Source: the human T2T-CHM13v2.0 reference genome, Homo sapiens
Length of the DNA stretch: 64,000 nt
Direction: 5' to 3' (one strand)
Assembly: GCF_009914755.1 (NCBI RefSeq)
Contig: NC_060948.1
Shown: in pieces, positions 14,387-28,610 of the stretch
How the letters are laid out: each line of letters opens with the position of its first letter
How positions within the stretch are numbered: position 1 is the first letter of the stretch
The notes under the pieces: model-generated
Told to the model about the DNA's origin: nothing
Databases searched by the model: none
The model's input: the letters and a program-made list of their open reading frames with translations, nothing else
Program-made: the position numbers and the translations under genes

Positions 14387-17300
14387 ATGGAATCAAATCA
14401 ATGGAATATAATCAAATGGCATGGAAAGGAATTGAATGGAGTAGATTGGATTGGATGGGATTGGAATGAAATGTACTGGAAAGGACTCGAATTTCATGAA
14501 ATGGAATGGAATGAACTGGAACGGAATGGACTCGAATGGAATGGAATGTCATGGAATGGCATCAAATGGAATGGCATCAAATGGAATGGAATCGAATGCA
14601 ATGGAATGCTATGGAATGGAATGGAATGCATTGGAATGGAATGTCCCCTAATGGAATGGATTCGAGTGGAATGGAATCGAATATAATGGAGTCGAATGAA
14701 ATGGAATTGAAAGGAAAGGGATCGAATACAATGGAATATACTGGAATGTAATGTAATGAACTCGAATGTAATTGACTAGAATGGAATGTACATGAATGGA
14801 ATGTAATCGAATGGAAAATAATCTCATGGAATAGAATCTAATGCAATAAAATCGACTCAAATAGAATAGAATGGAATGGAATGGAGTGCAGTGCAATGGA
14901 ATGGAATGGAATGGAATGCAATGGAATGGAATGGAATGGAATGGAATGGAATGGAATGGGATGGAATGGTATGGAATGGATAGTAATGGACTGGAGTGAA
15001 ATGGACTGGAAAAGAATGGACTCAAATTGAAAGGGCTCGAAAGGAATGGAGTCAAATGGAATGGTCTGGAATGGAATGAATACGAATGTAATGCAATCCA
15101 ATAGAATGGAATCGAATGGTATGGAATATAAAGAATTGGAATCGAAGAGAATGGAAACAAATGGAATGGAATTGAATGGAATGGAATTGAATGGAATGGG
15201 AACGAATGGAGTGAAATTGTATGCAGTAGAAGAGAATAGAATGGAATGCAAGCGAAAGGAAAGGAATGGATTGGAATGGAATGGAATTCATTGGAATGGA
15301 AGGGAATGTAGTGTAATGGACAGGCCTGGAATAAAGTGGAATGCTACGGTCTCGAATGGAATAAAAATGTATGGAATAGAATGCAATGAAACGGAATCGA
15401 ATGTCATAGAATGTAATGGAATGCAAAAAAATGGAATCCAAAATCATTGACTGGAAAGGCTGGGTGTCGAAAGGAATTGCCTCCAATGGAATGGAATCGA
15501 ATGGAATGGAAGTGAATAGAATGGAACTAAATCGAATGGAATGGAATTGATAGGAACGGAATGGAAAGGAATGCAATGATTTGGCATGGAATGGAATCGA
15601 ATGGCATCGAATGGAATGGAATGGAATGCAATTGAATGGAATGTATTAGAATGTAATGAACTTTAATGTAATGTACTCGAATGGATTCGACTGGAATGGA
15701 ATGTTCTCGAAGTGAATGGACTCCAATGGAATGGATTCGAAAGGAATGGAATCTAATGGAATGGAATTAAATGGAAATGAATCAAATTGAATAGAACGGA
15801 ATTGAATGGAATGGAATCGAATGCAATGGAATCTAATGAAACGGAAAGGAAAGGAATGGAATGGATTGGAATGGAATGTGCTGGAATTGAATGGAATCGA
15901 AACGAATGGAATGGAGTCGAACTGAAGAGACTGAAATGGAATGCACTGGAATGGAAGGGAGTGTAATGGAAGGTTCTCGAAAAAAATGGAATCGAAAGGA
16001 ATGGAATTGAATGGAACGGAATAGAGTCGAATGGAATTCAATGGAATGGAATGGACTAGAGTGAAATGGAATCGAACCACAAGGAATGGACAGGAACAGA
16101 ATGGTCTCGAATTGAATGGAATCGTATGGAATGGCATCAAACGGAATGGAATGGACAGCAACGGAATGGAATGCACTCGAATGCAATGGAGTCGACACTA
16201 ATGGACTGGAATAGAAAGGACTCGACTGGTACGGACTCCATTGAAATGGAATTGAATGGAAGGGAATGGATCGGAATGGACTCGAAGGGAAAAGACTGCA
16301 ATGGAAAGGTCTCGAATGGAATGGAAATTAATGGAATGGAATGGAATCGAATGAAATGGAGTCAAAAGGAATGGAATCGAATGGCAAGAAATCGAATGTA
16401 ATGGAATCGCAAGGAATTGATGTGAACGGAACGGAATCGAATGGAATCCAAAGGAATGGAATAGAATGGAATGGAATCGAATGGAAAGGACTCGAATGGA
16501 AATCACTCGAATAGAATGCAATTTAATAAAATAGGATCAAATGTAATGGAATGGAATGGAAAGGAATCGAAACGAAAGGAATGGAGACAGATGGAATGGA
16601 ATGGAACAGAGAGCAATGGTATAGAATGGAATGGAATCATCTGGAATGGAATTGAATGGAATGGAATAATATGAAATGGAATGGAATGGAATGGAATGCC
16701 CTTGAATTAAATGGACTGGAATGGAATGGACTCAAACAGAGTGGAATGGAAAGTGTTGAAATAGAATGGAATGGACTCGTTTGGAATGGTCTAGTATGCA
16801 ATGCAATCGACTGGCAGGGAATCAAGAGGAATGTAATCGAATGGATTGGACTGGAATGCAATGGACTCGAATAGATTGGAAACGGAATTCAAAGGAATGG
16901 AATGGAATAGTATGGAATGGAATGGAAAGGAATGGAGTGGAATAGACTAGAGTGGAATGGAATGGACTCGAAAGCAATGGACTGGAATGGAACTTTCTTG
17001 AATGGACTGGAATCAAACGGAATGGAATGCAATGCAATCAAATGGCATGGAATAAAATAGAATGAAAGAGAATCAAATGGAATTGAATCGAATGGAATCG
17101 AATGGATTGGAAAGGAATAGAATGGAATGGAATGGAATTGACTCAAATGGAATGGACTAGAATGGAATGGATTCGAATGGAAGGCAAAGGAATGGAATCT
17201 ATTGGAATGGACTGTAATGGAATGGAATGGAAGGGATTGGAATGGACTCGAATGGAATGGACTGCAATAGAAAAGATTCGAATGGAATGAAAAAGAATTG

Positions 17301-17960
17301 AATGGAATAGAACAGAATGGAATCAAATCGAATGAAATGGAATGGAAGAGAAAGGAATGGAATGAAATGGAATGGAAAGGATTCGAATGGAATGCAATCG
17401 AATGGAATGCAATCGAATGGAATGGAATCGAACGGAATGGAATAAAATGGAAGAAAACTGGCAAGAAATGGAATCGAAATGAATGGAGTGTTATGGAACG
17501 GACTCAAAAGGAATTGAATGTAATAGAATGGAGTGGAGTGGACTCGAATATAATGGACTGGAATGGAATGAAATCACATGGAATGGGAACGAATGGAATG
17601 GAATGGAAAGGAATGGAATGGAAAGGAATGGAATCGAATGGAAAGGAATCGAATGGAAGGGAATGAAATTGAATCAACAGGAATGGAAGGAAGTAGAATA
17701 GACGGTAATGGAATGGACTCGAATAGAATGGACACGAATGCTCATATTGAATGGACTCGAATGGAATGGAAACGAAAGGAATGTCGTCGAATGGAATTGA
17801 ATCGATTGGAATGAAATCGCATAGAATGGAGTGGAATCAAATGGAATTGAATCGAAAGGAAAGGAAGCGAATGGTCTGAAATGAAATGGAATGGAATTGA
17901 ATGGGAAGTAATGCAAGGGAATAGAATGGAACGAAATTTCACGGAATGGAATCAAACTGA
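14387..17960 (+). repeat. DYZ1 unit U5 (3574 bp), subtype A
   Basis: Landmark spacing. Nearly identical to U6; the ORF track repeats at offset 3574. Confidence 0.9.
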
Positions 17961-20900
17961 ATGGAATCAAATCAATGGAATATAATCAAATGGCATGGAA
18001 AGGAATTGAATGGAGTAGATTGGATTGGATGGGATTGGAATGAAATGTACTGGAAAGGACTCGAATTTCATGAAATGGAATGGAATGAACTGGAACGGAA
18101 TGGACTCGAATGGAATGGAATGTCATGGAATGGCATCAAATGGAATGGCATCAAATGGAATGGAATCGAATGCAATGGAATGCTATGGAATGGAATGGAA
18201 TGCATTGGAATGGAATGTCCCCTAATGGAATGGATTCGAGTGGAATGGAATCGAATATAATGGAGTCGAATGAAATGGAATTGAAAGGAAAGGGATCGAA
18301 TACAATGGAATATACTGGAATGTAATGTAATGAACTCGAATGTAATTGACTAGAATGGAATGTACATGAATGGAATGTAATCGAATGGAAAATAATCTCA
18401 TGGAATAGAATCTAATGCAATAAAATCGACTCAAATAGAATAGAATGGAATGGAATGGAGTGCAGTGCAATGGAATGGAATGGAATGGAATGCAATGGAA
18501 TGGAATGGAATGGAATGGAATGGAATGGAATGGGATGGAATGGTATGGAATGGATAGTAATGGACTGGAGTGAAATGGACTGGAAAAGAATGGACTCAAA
18601 TTGAAAGGGCTCGAAAGGAATGGAGTCAAATGGAATGGTCTGGAATGGAATGAATACGAATGTAATGCAATCCAATAGAATGGAATCGAATGGTATGGAA
18701 TATAAAGAATTGGAATCGAAGAGAATGGAAACAAATGGAATGGAATTGAATGGAATGGAATTGAATGGAATGGGAACGAATGGAGTGAAATTGTATGCAG
18801 TAGAAGAGAATAGAATGGAATGCAAGCGAAAGGAAAGGAATGGATTGGAATGGAATGGAATTCATTGGAATGGAAGGGAATGTAGTGTAATGGACAGGCC
18901 TGGAATAAAGTGGAATGCTACGGTCTCGAATGGAATAAAAATGTATGGAATAGAATGCAATGAAACGGAATCGAATGTCATAGAATGTAATGGAATGCAA
19001 AAAAATGGAATCCAAAATCATTGACTGGAAAGGCTGGGTGTCGAAAGGAATTGCCTCCAATGGAATGGAATCGAATGGAATGGAAGTGAATAGAATGGAA
19101 CTAAATCGAATGGAATGGAATTGATAGGAACGGAATGGAAAGGAATGCAATGATTTGGCATGGAATGGAATCGAATGGCATCGAATGGAATGGAATGGAA
19201 TGCAATTGAATGGAATGTATTAGAATGTAATGAACTTTAATGTAATGTACTCGAATGGATTCGACTGGAATGGAATGTTCTCGAAGTGAATGGACTCCAA
19301 TGGAATGGATTCGAAAGGAATGGAATCTAATGGAATGGAATTAAATGGAAATGAATCAAATTGAATAGAACGGAATTGAATGGAATGGAATCGAATGCAA
19401 TGGAATCTAATGAAACGGAAAGGAAAGGAATGGAATGGATTGGAATGGAATGTGCTGGAATTGAATGGAATCGAAACGAATGGAATGGAGTCGAACTGAA
19501 GAGACTGAAATGGAATGCACTGGAATGGAAGGGAGTGTAATGGAAGGTTCTCGAAAAAAATGGAATCGAAAGGAATGGAATTGAATGGAACGGAATAGAG
19601 TCGAATGGAATTCAATGGAATGGAATGGACTAGAGTGAAATGGAATCGAACCACAAGGAATGGACAGGAACAGAATGGTCTCGAATTGAATGGAATCGTA
19701 TGGAATGGCATCAAACGGAATGGAATGGACAGCAACGGAATGGAATGCACTCGAATGCAATGGAGTCGACAATAATGGACTGGAATAGAAAGGACTCGAC
19801 TGGTACGGACTCCATTGAAATGGAATTGAATGGAAGGGAATGGATCGGAATGGACTCGAAGGGAAAAGACTGCAATGGAAAGGTCTCGAATGGAATGGAA
19901 ATTAATGGAATGGAATGGAATCGAATGAAATGGAGTCAAAAGGAATGGAATCGAATGGCAAGAAATCGAATGTAATGGAATCGCAAGGAATTGATGTGAA
20001 CGGAACGGAATCGAATGGAATCCAAAGGAATGGAATAGAATGGAATGGAATCGAATGGAAAGGACTCGAATGGAAATCACTCGAATAGAATGCAATTTAA
20101 TAAAATAGGATCAAATGTAATGGAATGGAATGGAAAGGAATCGAAACGAAAGGAATGGAGACAGATGGAATGGAATGGAACAGAGAGCAATGGTATAGAA
20201 TGGAATGGAATCATCTGGAATGGAATTGAATGGAATGGAATAATATGAAATGGAATGGAATGGAATGGAATGCCCTTGAATTAAATGGACTGGAATGGAA
20301 TGGACTCAAACAGAGTGGAATGGAAAGTGTTGAAATAGAATGGAATGGACTCGTTTGGAATGGTCTAGTATGCAATGCAATCGACTGGCAGGGAATCAAG
20401 AGGAATGTAATCGAATGGATTGGACTGGAATGCAATGGACTCGAATAGATTGGAAACGGAATTCAAAGGAATGGAATGGAATAGTATGGAATGGAATGGA
20501 AAGGAATGGAGTGGAATAGACTAGAGTGGAATGGAATGGACTCGAAAGCAATGGACTGGAATGGAACTTTCTTGAATGGACTGGAATCAAACGGAATGGA
20601 ATGCAATGCAATCAAATGGCATGGAATAAAATAGAATGAAAGAGAATCAAATGGAATTGAATCGAATGGAATCGAATGGATTGGAAAGGAATAGAATGGA
20701 ATGGAATGGAATTGACTCAAATGGAATGGACTAGAATGGAATGGATTCGAATGGAAGGCAAAGGAATGGAATCTATTGGAATGGACTGTAATGGAATGGA
20801 ATGGAAGGGATTGGAATGGACTCGAATGGAATGGACTGCAATAGAAAAGATTCGAATGGAATGAAAAAGAATTGAATGGAATAGAACAGAATGGAATCAA

Positions 20901-21534
20901 ATCGAATGAAATGGAATGGAAGAGAAAGGAATGGAATGAAATGGAATGGAAAGGATTCGAATGGAATGCAATCGAATGGAATGCAATCGAATGGAATGGA
21001 ATCGAACGGAATGGAATAAAATGGAAGAAAACTGGCAAGAAATGGAATCGAAATGAATGGAGTGTTATGGAACGGACTCAAAAGGAATTGAATGTAATAG
21101 AATGGAGTGGAGTGGACTCGAATATAATGGACTGGAATGGAATGAAATCACATGGAATGGGAACGAATGGAATGGAATGGAAAGGAATGGAATGGAAAGG
21201 AATGGAATCGAATGGAAAGGAATCGAATGGAAGGGAATGAAATTGAATCAACAGGAATGGAAGGAAGTAGAATAGACGGTAATGGAATGGACTCGAATAG
21301 AATGGACACGAATGCTCATATTGAATGGACTCGAATGGAATGGAAACGAAAGGAATGTCGTCGAATGGAATTGAATCGATTGGAATGAAATCGCATAGAA
21401 TGGAGTGGAATCAAATGGAATTGAATCGAAAGGAAAGGAAGCGAATGGTCTGAAATGAAATGGAATGGAATTGAATGGAAAGTAATGCAAGGGAATAGAA
21501 TGGAACGAAATTTCACGGAATGGAATCAAACTGA
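17961..21534 (+). repeat. DYZ1 unit U6 (3574 bp), subtype A
   Basis: Landmark spacing. Nearly identical to U5. Confidence 0.9.
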
Positions 21535-24500
21535 ATGGAATCAAATCAATGGAATATAATCAAATGGCATGGAAAGGAATTGAATGGAGTAGATTGGATT
21601 GGATGGGATTGGAATGAAATGTACTGGAAAGGACTCGAATTTCATGAAATGGAATGGAATGAACTGGAACGGAATGGACTCGAATGGAATGGAATGTCAT
21701 GGAATGGCATCAAATGGAATGGCATCAAATGGAATGGAATCGAATGCAATGGAATGCTATGGAATGGAATGGAATGCATTGGAATGGAATGTCCCCTAAT
21801 GGAATGGATTCGAGTGGAATGGAATCGAATATAATGGAGTCGAATGAAATGGAATTGAAAGGAAAGGGATCGAATACAATGGAATATACTGGAATGTAAT
21901 GTAATGAACTCGAATGTAATTGACTAGAATGGAATGTACATGAATGGAATGTAATCGAATGGAAAATAATCTCATGGAATAGAATCTAATGCAATAAAAT
22001 CGACTCAAATAGAATAGAATGGAATGGAATGGAGTGCAGTGCAATGGAATGGAATGGAATGGAATGCAATGGAATGGAATGGAATGGGATGGAATGGTAT
22101 GGGATGGATAGAAATGGACTGGAGTGAAATGGACTGGAAAGTAATGCACTCAAATTGAAAGAGCTCGAAAGAATGGAGTCAAATGGAATGTTCTGGAATG
22201 GAATGAACACGAATGTAATGCAATCCAATAGAATGGAATCGAATGGCATGGAATATAAAGAAATGGAATCGAAGAGAATGGAAACGAATGGAATGGAATT
22301 GAATGGAATGGGAACGAATGGAGTGAAATTGTATGCAGTAGAAGAGAATAGAATGGAATGCAAGCGAAAGGAAAGGAATGGATTGGAATGGAATGGAATT
22401 CATTGGAATGGAAGGGAATGTAGTGTAATGGACAGGCCTGGAATAAAGTGGAATGCTACGGTCTCGAATGGAATAAAAATGTATGGAATGGAATGCAATG
22501 AAACGGAATCGAATGTCATAGAATGTAATGGAATGCAAAAAAATGGAATCCAAAATCATTGACTGGAAAGGCTGGATGTCGAAAGGAATTGACTCCAATG
22601 GAATGGAATCGAATGGAATGGAAGTGAATAGAATGGAACTAAATCGAATGGAATGGAATTGATAGGAACGGAATGGAAAGGAATGCAATGATTTGGCATG
22701 GAATGGAAACGAATGGTATCTAATGGAATGGAATGGAATGTAATGGAATGGAATGTATTAGAATGTAATGAACTTTAATGGAATGTACTCGAATGGATTC
22801 GACTGGAATGGAATGTTCTGGAAGTGAATGGACTCCAATGGAATGGATTGAAACGGAATGGAATCGTACGGAATGGAATCTAATGGAATGGAATTAAATG
22901 GAAATGAATCAAATTGAATAGAACGGAATTGAATTGAATGGAATGGAATGCAATGGAATCTAATGAAACGGAAAGGAAAGGAATGGAATGGAATGGAATG
23001 GGCTGGAATGGAAAGGAATCGAAACGAATGGAATGGAATCGAACTGAAGAGACTGGAATGGAATGCACTGGAATGGAAGGGAGTGTAATGGAAGGTTCTC
23101 GAAAAAAATGGAATCGAATGGAATGGAATTGAATGGAACGGAATAGAGTCGAATGGAATTGAATGGAATGGAATGGACTAGAGTGAAATGGAATCGAACC
23201 ACAAGGAATGGACAGGAATAGAATGGTCTCGAATTGAATGGAATCGTATGGAATGGCATCAAACGGAATGGAATGGACAGCCACGGAATGGAATGCACTC
23301 GAATGCAATGGAGTCGAAACTAATGGATGGAATAGAATGGACTTGACTGGTACGGACTCCAATGGAATGGAATCGAATGGAAGGGAATCGAACGGAATGG
23401 ACTCGAAGGGAAAAGACTGCAATGGAAAGGTCTCCAATGGAATGGAAATTAATGGAATGGAATGGAATCGAATGAAATGGAGTCAAAAGGAATGGAATCG
23501 AATGGCAAGAAATCGAATGTAATGGAATCGCAAGGAATTGATGTGAACGGAACGGAATGGAATGGAATCCAAAGGAATGGAATAGAATGGAATGGAATCG
23601 AATGGAAAGGACACGAATGGAAATCACTCGAATAGAATGCAATTTAATAAAATAGGATCAAATGTAATGGAATGCAATGGAAAGGAATCGAAACGAAAGG
23701 AATGGAGACAGATGGAATGGAATGGAACAGAGAGCAATGGTATAGAATGGAATGGAATCATCTGGAATGGAATTGAATGGAATGGAATAATATGAAATGG
23801 AATGGAATGGAATGGAATGGAATGCCCTTGAATTAAATGGACTGGAATGGAATGGACTCGAACAGAGTGGAATGGAAAGTGTTGAGATAGAATGGAATGG
23901 ACTCCTTTGGAATGGTCTAGTATGCAATGCAATCGACTGGCAGGGAATCAAAAGGAATGTAATGGAATGGATTGGACTGGAATGCAATGGACTCGAATAG
24001 ATTGGAAACGGAATGCAAAGGAATGGAATGGAATAGTATGGAATGGAATGGAAAGGAATGGAGTGGAATAGACTAGAGTGGAATGGAATGGACTGGAAAG
24101 CAATGGACTGGAATGGAACTTTCTTGAATGGACTGGAATCAAACGGAATGGAATGCAATGCAATCAAATGGCATAGAATAAGATAGAATGAAAGAGAATC
24201 AAATGGAATTGAATGGAATGGAATCGAATGGATTGGAAAGGAATAGAATGGAATGGAATGGAATTGACTCAAATGGAATGGACTAGAATGGAATGGATTC
24301 GAATGGAAGGCAAAGGAATGGAATCTATTGGAATGGACTGTAATGGAATGCAATGGAAGGGATTGGAATGGACTCGAATGGAATGGACTGCAATAGAAAG
24401 GATACGAATGGAATGAAAAAGAATTGAATGGAATAGAACAGAATGGAAACAAATCGAATGAAATGGAATGGAATAGAAAGGAATGGAATGAAATGGAATG

Positions 24501-25056
24501 GAAAGGATTCGAATGGAATGCAAACGAATGGAATGGAATCGAACGGAATGGAATAAAATGGAAGAAAACTGGCAAGAAATGGAATCGAAATGAATGGAGT
24601 GTTATGGAAGGGACTCAAAAGGAATTGAATGTAATAGAATGGAGTGGAGTGGACTCGAATATAATGGACTTGAATGGAATGAAATCACATGGAATGGGAA
24701 CGAATGGAATGGAATGGAAAGGAATGGAATCGAATGGAAAGGAATCGAATGGAATGGAATGAAATTGAACCAACAGGAATGGAAGGGAATAGAATAGACG
24801 GTAGTGGAATGGACTCGAATAGAATGGACACGAATGCTCAAATTGAATGGACTCGAATGGAATGGAAACGAAAGGAATGTCATCGAATGGAATTGAATCG
24901 ATTGGAATGAAATCGCATAGAATGGAGTGGAATCAAATGGAATTGAATCGAAAGGAAAGGAAGCGAATGGACTGAAATGAAATGGAATGGAATTGAATGG
25001 AAAGTAATGCAATGGAATAGAATGGAACGAAATTTCACGGAATGGAATCAAACTGA
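21535..25056 (+). repeat. DYZ1 unit U7 (3522 bp), chimeric A/B
   Basis: The first ~550 bp match U5/U6 and the distal part matches U10. Two 1 bp deletions, near 22171 and 23328. Confidence 0.88.
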
Positions 25057-28000
25057 ATGGAATCAAATCAATGGAATCTAATCAAATGGAATGGAAAGGA
25101 ATTGAATGGAGTAGATTGGATTGGATGGGATTGGAATGAAATGTACTGGAAAGGACTGGAATTTCATGAAACGGAATGGAATGAATTGGAACGGAATGGA
25201 CTCGAATGGAATGGAATGTCATGGAATGGCATCAAATGGAATGGCATCAAATGGAATGGAATCGAATGCAATGGAATGCTATGGAATGGAATGGAATGCA
25301 TTGGAATGGAATGTCCTCTAATGGAATGGATTCGAGTGGAATGGAATCGAATATAATGGAGTCGAATGAAATGGAATTGAAAGGAATGGGATCGAATACA
25401 ATGGAATATACTGGAATGTAATGTAATGAACTCGAATGTAATTGACTGGAATGGAATGTATATGAATGGAATGTAATCGAATGGAAAGTAATCCAATGGA
25501 ATAGAATCTAATGCAATAAAATCGACTCAGATAGAGTAGAATGTAATGGAATGGAGTGCAGTGCAATGGAATGGAATGGAATGGAATGCAATGGAATGGA
25601 ATGGAATGGGATGGAATGGTATGGAATGGATAGTAATGGACTGGAGTGAAATGGACTGGAAAGGAATGGACTCAAATTGAAAGGGCTCGAAAGGAATGGA
25701 GACAAATGGAATGGTCTGGAATGGAATGAACACGAATGTAATGCAATCCAATAGAATAGAGTCGAATGGCATGGAATATAAAGAAATGGAATCGAAGAGA
25801 ATAGAAACAAATGGAATGGAATTGAATGGAATGGAATTGAGTGGAATGGGAACGAATGGAGTGAAATTGTATGCAGTAGAAGAGAATAGAATGGAATGCA
25901 AGCGAAAGGAAAGGAATGGATTGGAATGGAATGGAATTCATTGGAATGGAAGGGAATGTAGTGTAATGGACAGGCCTGGAATAAAGTGGAATGCTACGGT
26001 CTCGAGTGGAATAAAAATGTATGGATTGGAATGCAATGAAACGGAATCGAATGTCATAGAATGTAATGGAATGCAAAAAAATGGAATCCGAAATCATTGA
26101 CTGGAAAGGCTGGGTGTCGAAAGGAATTGACTCCAATGGAATGGAATCGAATGGAATGGAAGTGAATAGAATCGAACTAAATCGAATGGAATGGAATTGA
26201 TAGGAACGGAATGGAAAGGAATGCAATGATTTGGCATGGAATGGAATCGAATGGCATCGAATGGAATGGAATGGAATGCAATGGAATGGAATGTATTAGA
26301 ATGTAATGAACTTTAATGGAATGTACTCGAAAGGATTTGACTGGAATGGAATGTTCTGGAAGTGAATGGACTCCAATGGAATGGATTCGAAAGGAATGGA
26401 ATCGTACGGAATGGAATCTAATGGAATGGAATTAAATGGAAATGAATCAAATTGAATAGCACGGAATTGAATTGAATGGAATGGAATGCAATGGAATCTA
26501 ATGAAACGGAAAGGAAAGGAATGCAATGGAATGGAATGGGCTGGAATGGAAAGGAATCGAAACGAATGGAATGGAATCGAACTGAAGAGACTGGAATGGA
26601 ATGCACTGGAATGGAAGGGAGTGTAATGGAAGGTTCTCGAAAAAAATGGAATCGAATGGAATGGAATTGAGTGGAACGGAATAGAGTCGAATGGAATTGA
26701 ATGGAATGGAATGGACTAGAGTGAAATGGAATCGAACCACAAGGAATGGACAGGAATAGAATGGTCTCGAACTGAATGGAATCGTATGGAATGGCATCAA
26801 ACGGAATGGAATGGACAGCCACGGAATGGAATGCACTCGAATGCAATGGAGTCGAAACTAATGGACTGGAATAGAATGGACTCGACTGGTACGGACTCCA
26901 ATGGAATGGAATCGAATGGAAGGGAATCGAACGGAATGGACTCAAAGGGAAAAGACTGCAATGGAACGGTCTCGAATGGAATGGAAATTAATGGAATGGA
27001 ATGGAATCGAATGAAATGGAGTCAAAAGGAATGGAATCGAATGGCAAGAAATCGAATGTAATGGAATCGCAAGGAATTGATATGAACGGAACGGAATGGA
27101 ATGGAATCCAAAGGAATGGAATAGAATGGAATGGAATCGAATGGAAAGGACTCGAATGGAAATCACTCGAATAGAATGCAATTTAATAAAATAGGATCAA
27201 ATGTAATGGAATGGAATGGAAAGGAATCGAAACGAAAGGAATGGAGACAGATGGAATGGAATGGAACAGATAGCAATGGTATACAATGGAATGGAATCAT
27301 CTGGAATGGAATTGAATGGAATGCAATAATATGAAATGGAATGGAATGGAATGGAATGGAATGCCCTTGAATTAAATGGACTGGAATGGAATGGACTCGA
27401 ACAGAGTGGAATGGAAAGTGTTGAAATAGAATGGAATGGACTCGTTTGGAATGGTCTAGTATGCAATGCAATCGACTGGCAGGGAATCAAAAGGAATGTA
27501 ATCGAATGGATTGGACTGGAATGCAATGGACTCGAATAGATTGGAAACGGAAAGCAAAGGAATGGAATGGAATAGTATGGAATGGAATGGAAAGGAATGG
27601 AGTGGAATAGACTAGAGTGGAATGGAATGGACTCGAAAGCAATGGACTGGAATGGAACTTTCTTGAATGGACTGGAATCAAACGGAATGGAATGCAATGC
27701 AATCAAATGGCATGGAATAAAATAGAATGAAAGAGAATCAAATGGAATTGAATCGAATGGAATCGAATGGATTGGAAAGGAATAGAATGGAATGGAATGG
27801 AATTGACTCAAATGGAATGGACTAGAATGGAATGGATTCGAATGGAAGGCAAAGGAATGGAATCTATTGGAATGGACTGTAATGGAATGGAATGGAAGGG
27901 ATTGGAATGGACTCGAATGGAATGGACTGCCATAGAAAGGATTCGAATGGAATGAAAAAGAATTGAATGGAATAGAACAGAATGGATTCAAGTCGAATGA

Positions 28001-28610
28001 AATGGAATGGAATAGAAAGGAATGGAATGAAATGGAATGGAAAGGATTCGAATGGAATGCAATCGAATGGAATGCAATCGAATGGAATGGAATCGAACGG
28101 AATGGAATAAAATGGAAGAAAACTGGCAAGAAATGGAATCGAAATGAATGGAGTGTTATGGAACGGACTCAAAAGGAATTGAATGTAATAGAATGGAGTG
28201 GAGTGGACTCGAATATAATGGACTGGAATGGAATGAAATCACATGGAATGGGAACGAATGGAATGGAATGGAAAGGAATGGAATCGAATGGAAAGGAATC
28301 GAATGGAAGGGAATGAAATTGAATCAACAGGAATGGAAGGGAGTAGAATAGACGGTAATGGAATGGACTCGAATAGAATGGACACGAATGCTCAAATTGA
28401 ATGGACTCGAATGGAATGGAAACGAAAGGAATGTCATCGAATGGAATTGAATCGATTGGAATGAAATCACATAGAATGGAGTGGAATCAAATGGAATTGA
28501 ATCGAAAGGAAAGGAAGCGAATGGACTGAAATGAAATGGAATGGAATTGAATGGAAATTAATTCAATGGAATAGAATGGAACGAAATTTCACGGAATGGA
28601 ATCAAACTAA
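25057..28610 (+). repeat. DYZ1 unit U8 (3554 bp), chimeric U1-like/U2-like
   Basis: CTCGAG at 26001 and TCCGAAATCA as in U1. After ~27350 it carries TCGTTTGG and TGCCATAG as in U2. Confidence 0.88.
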
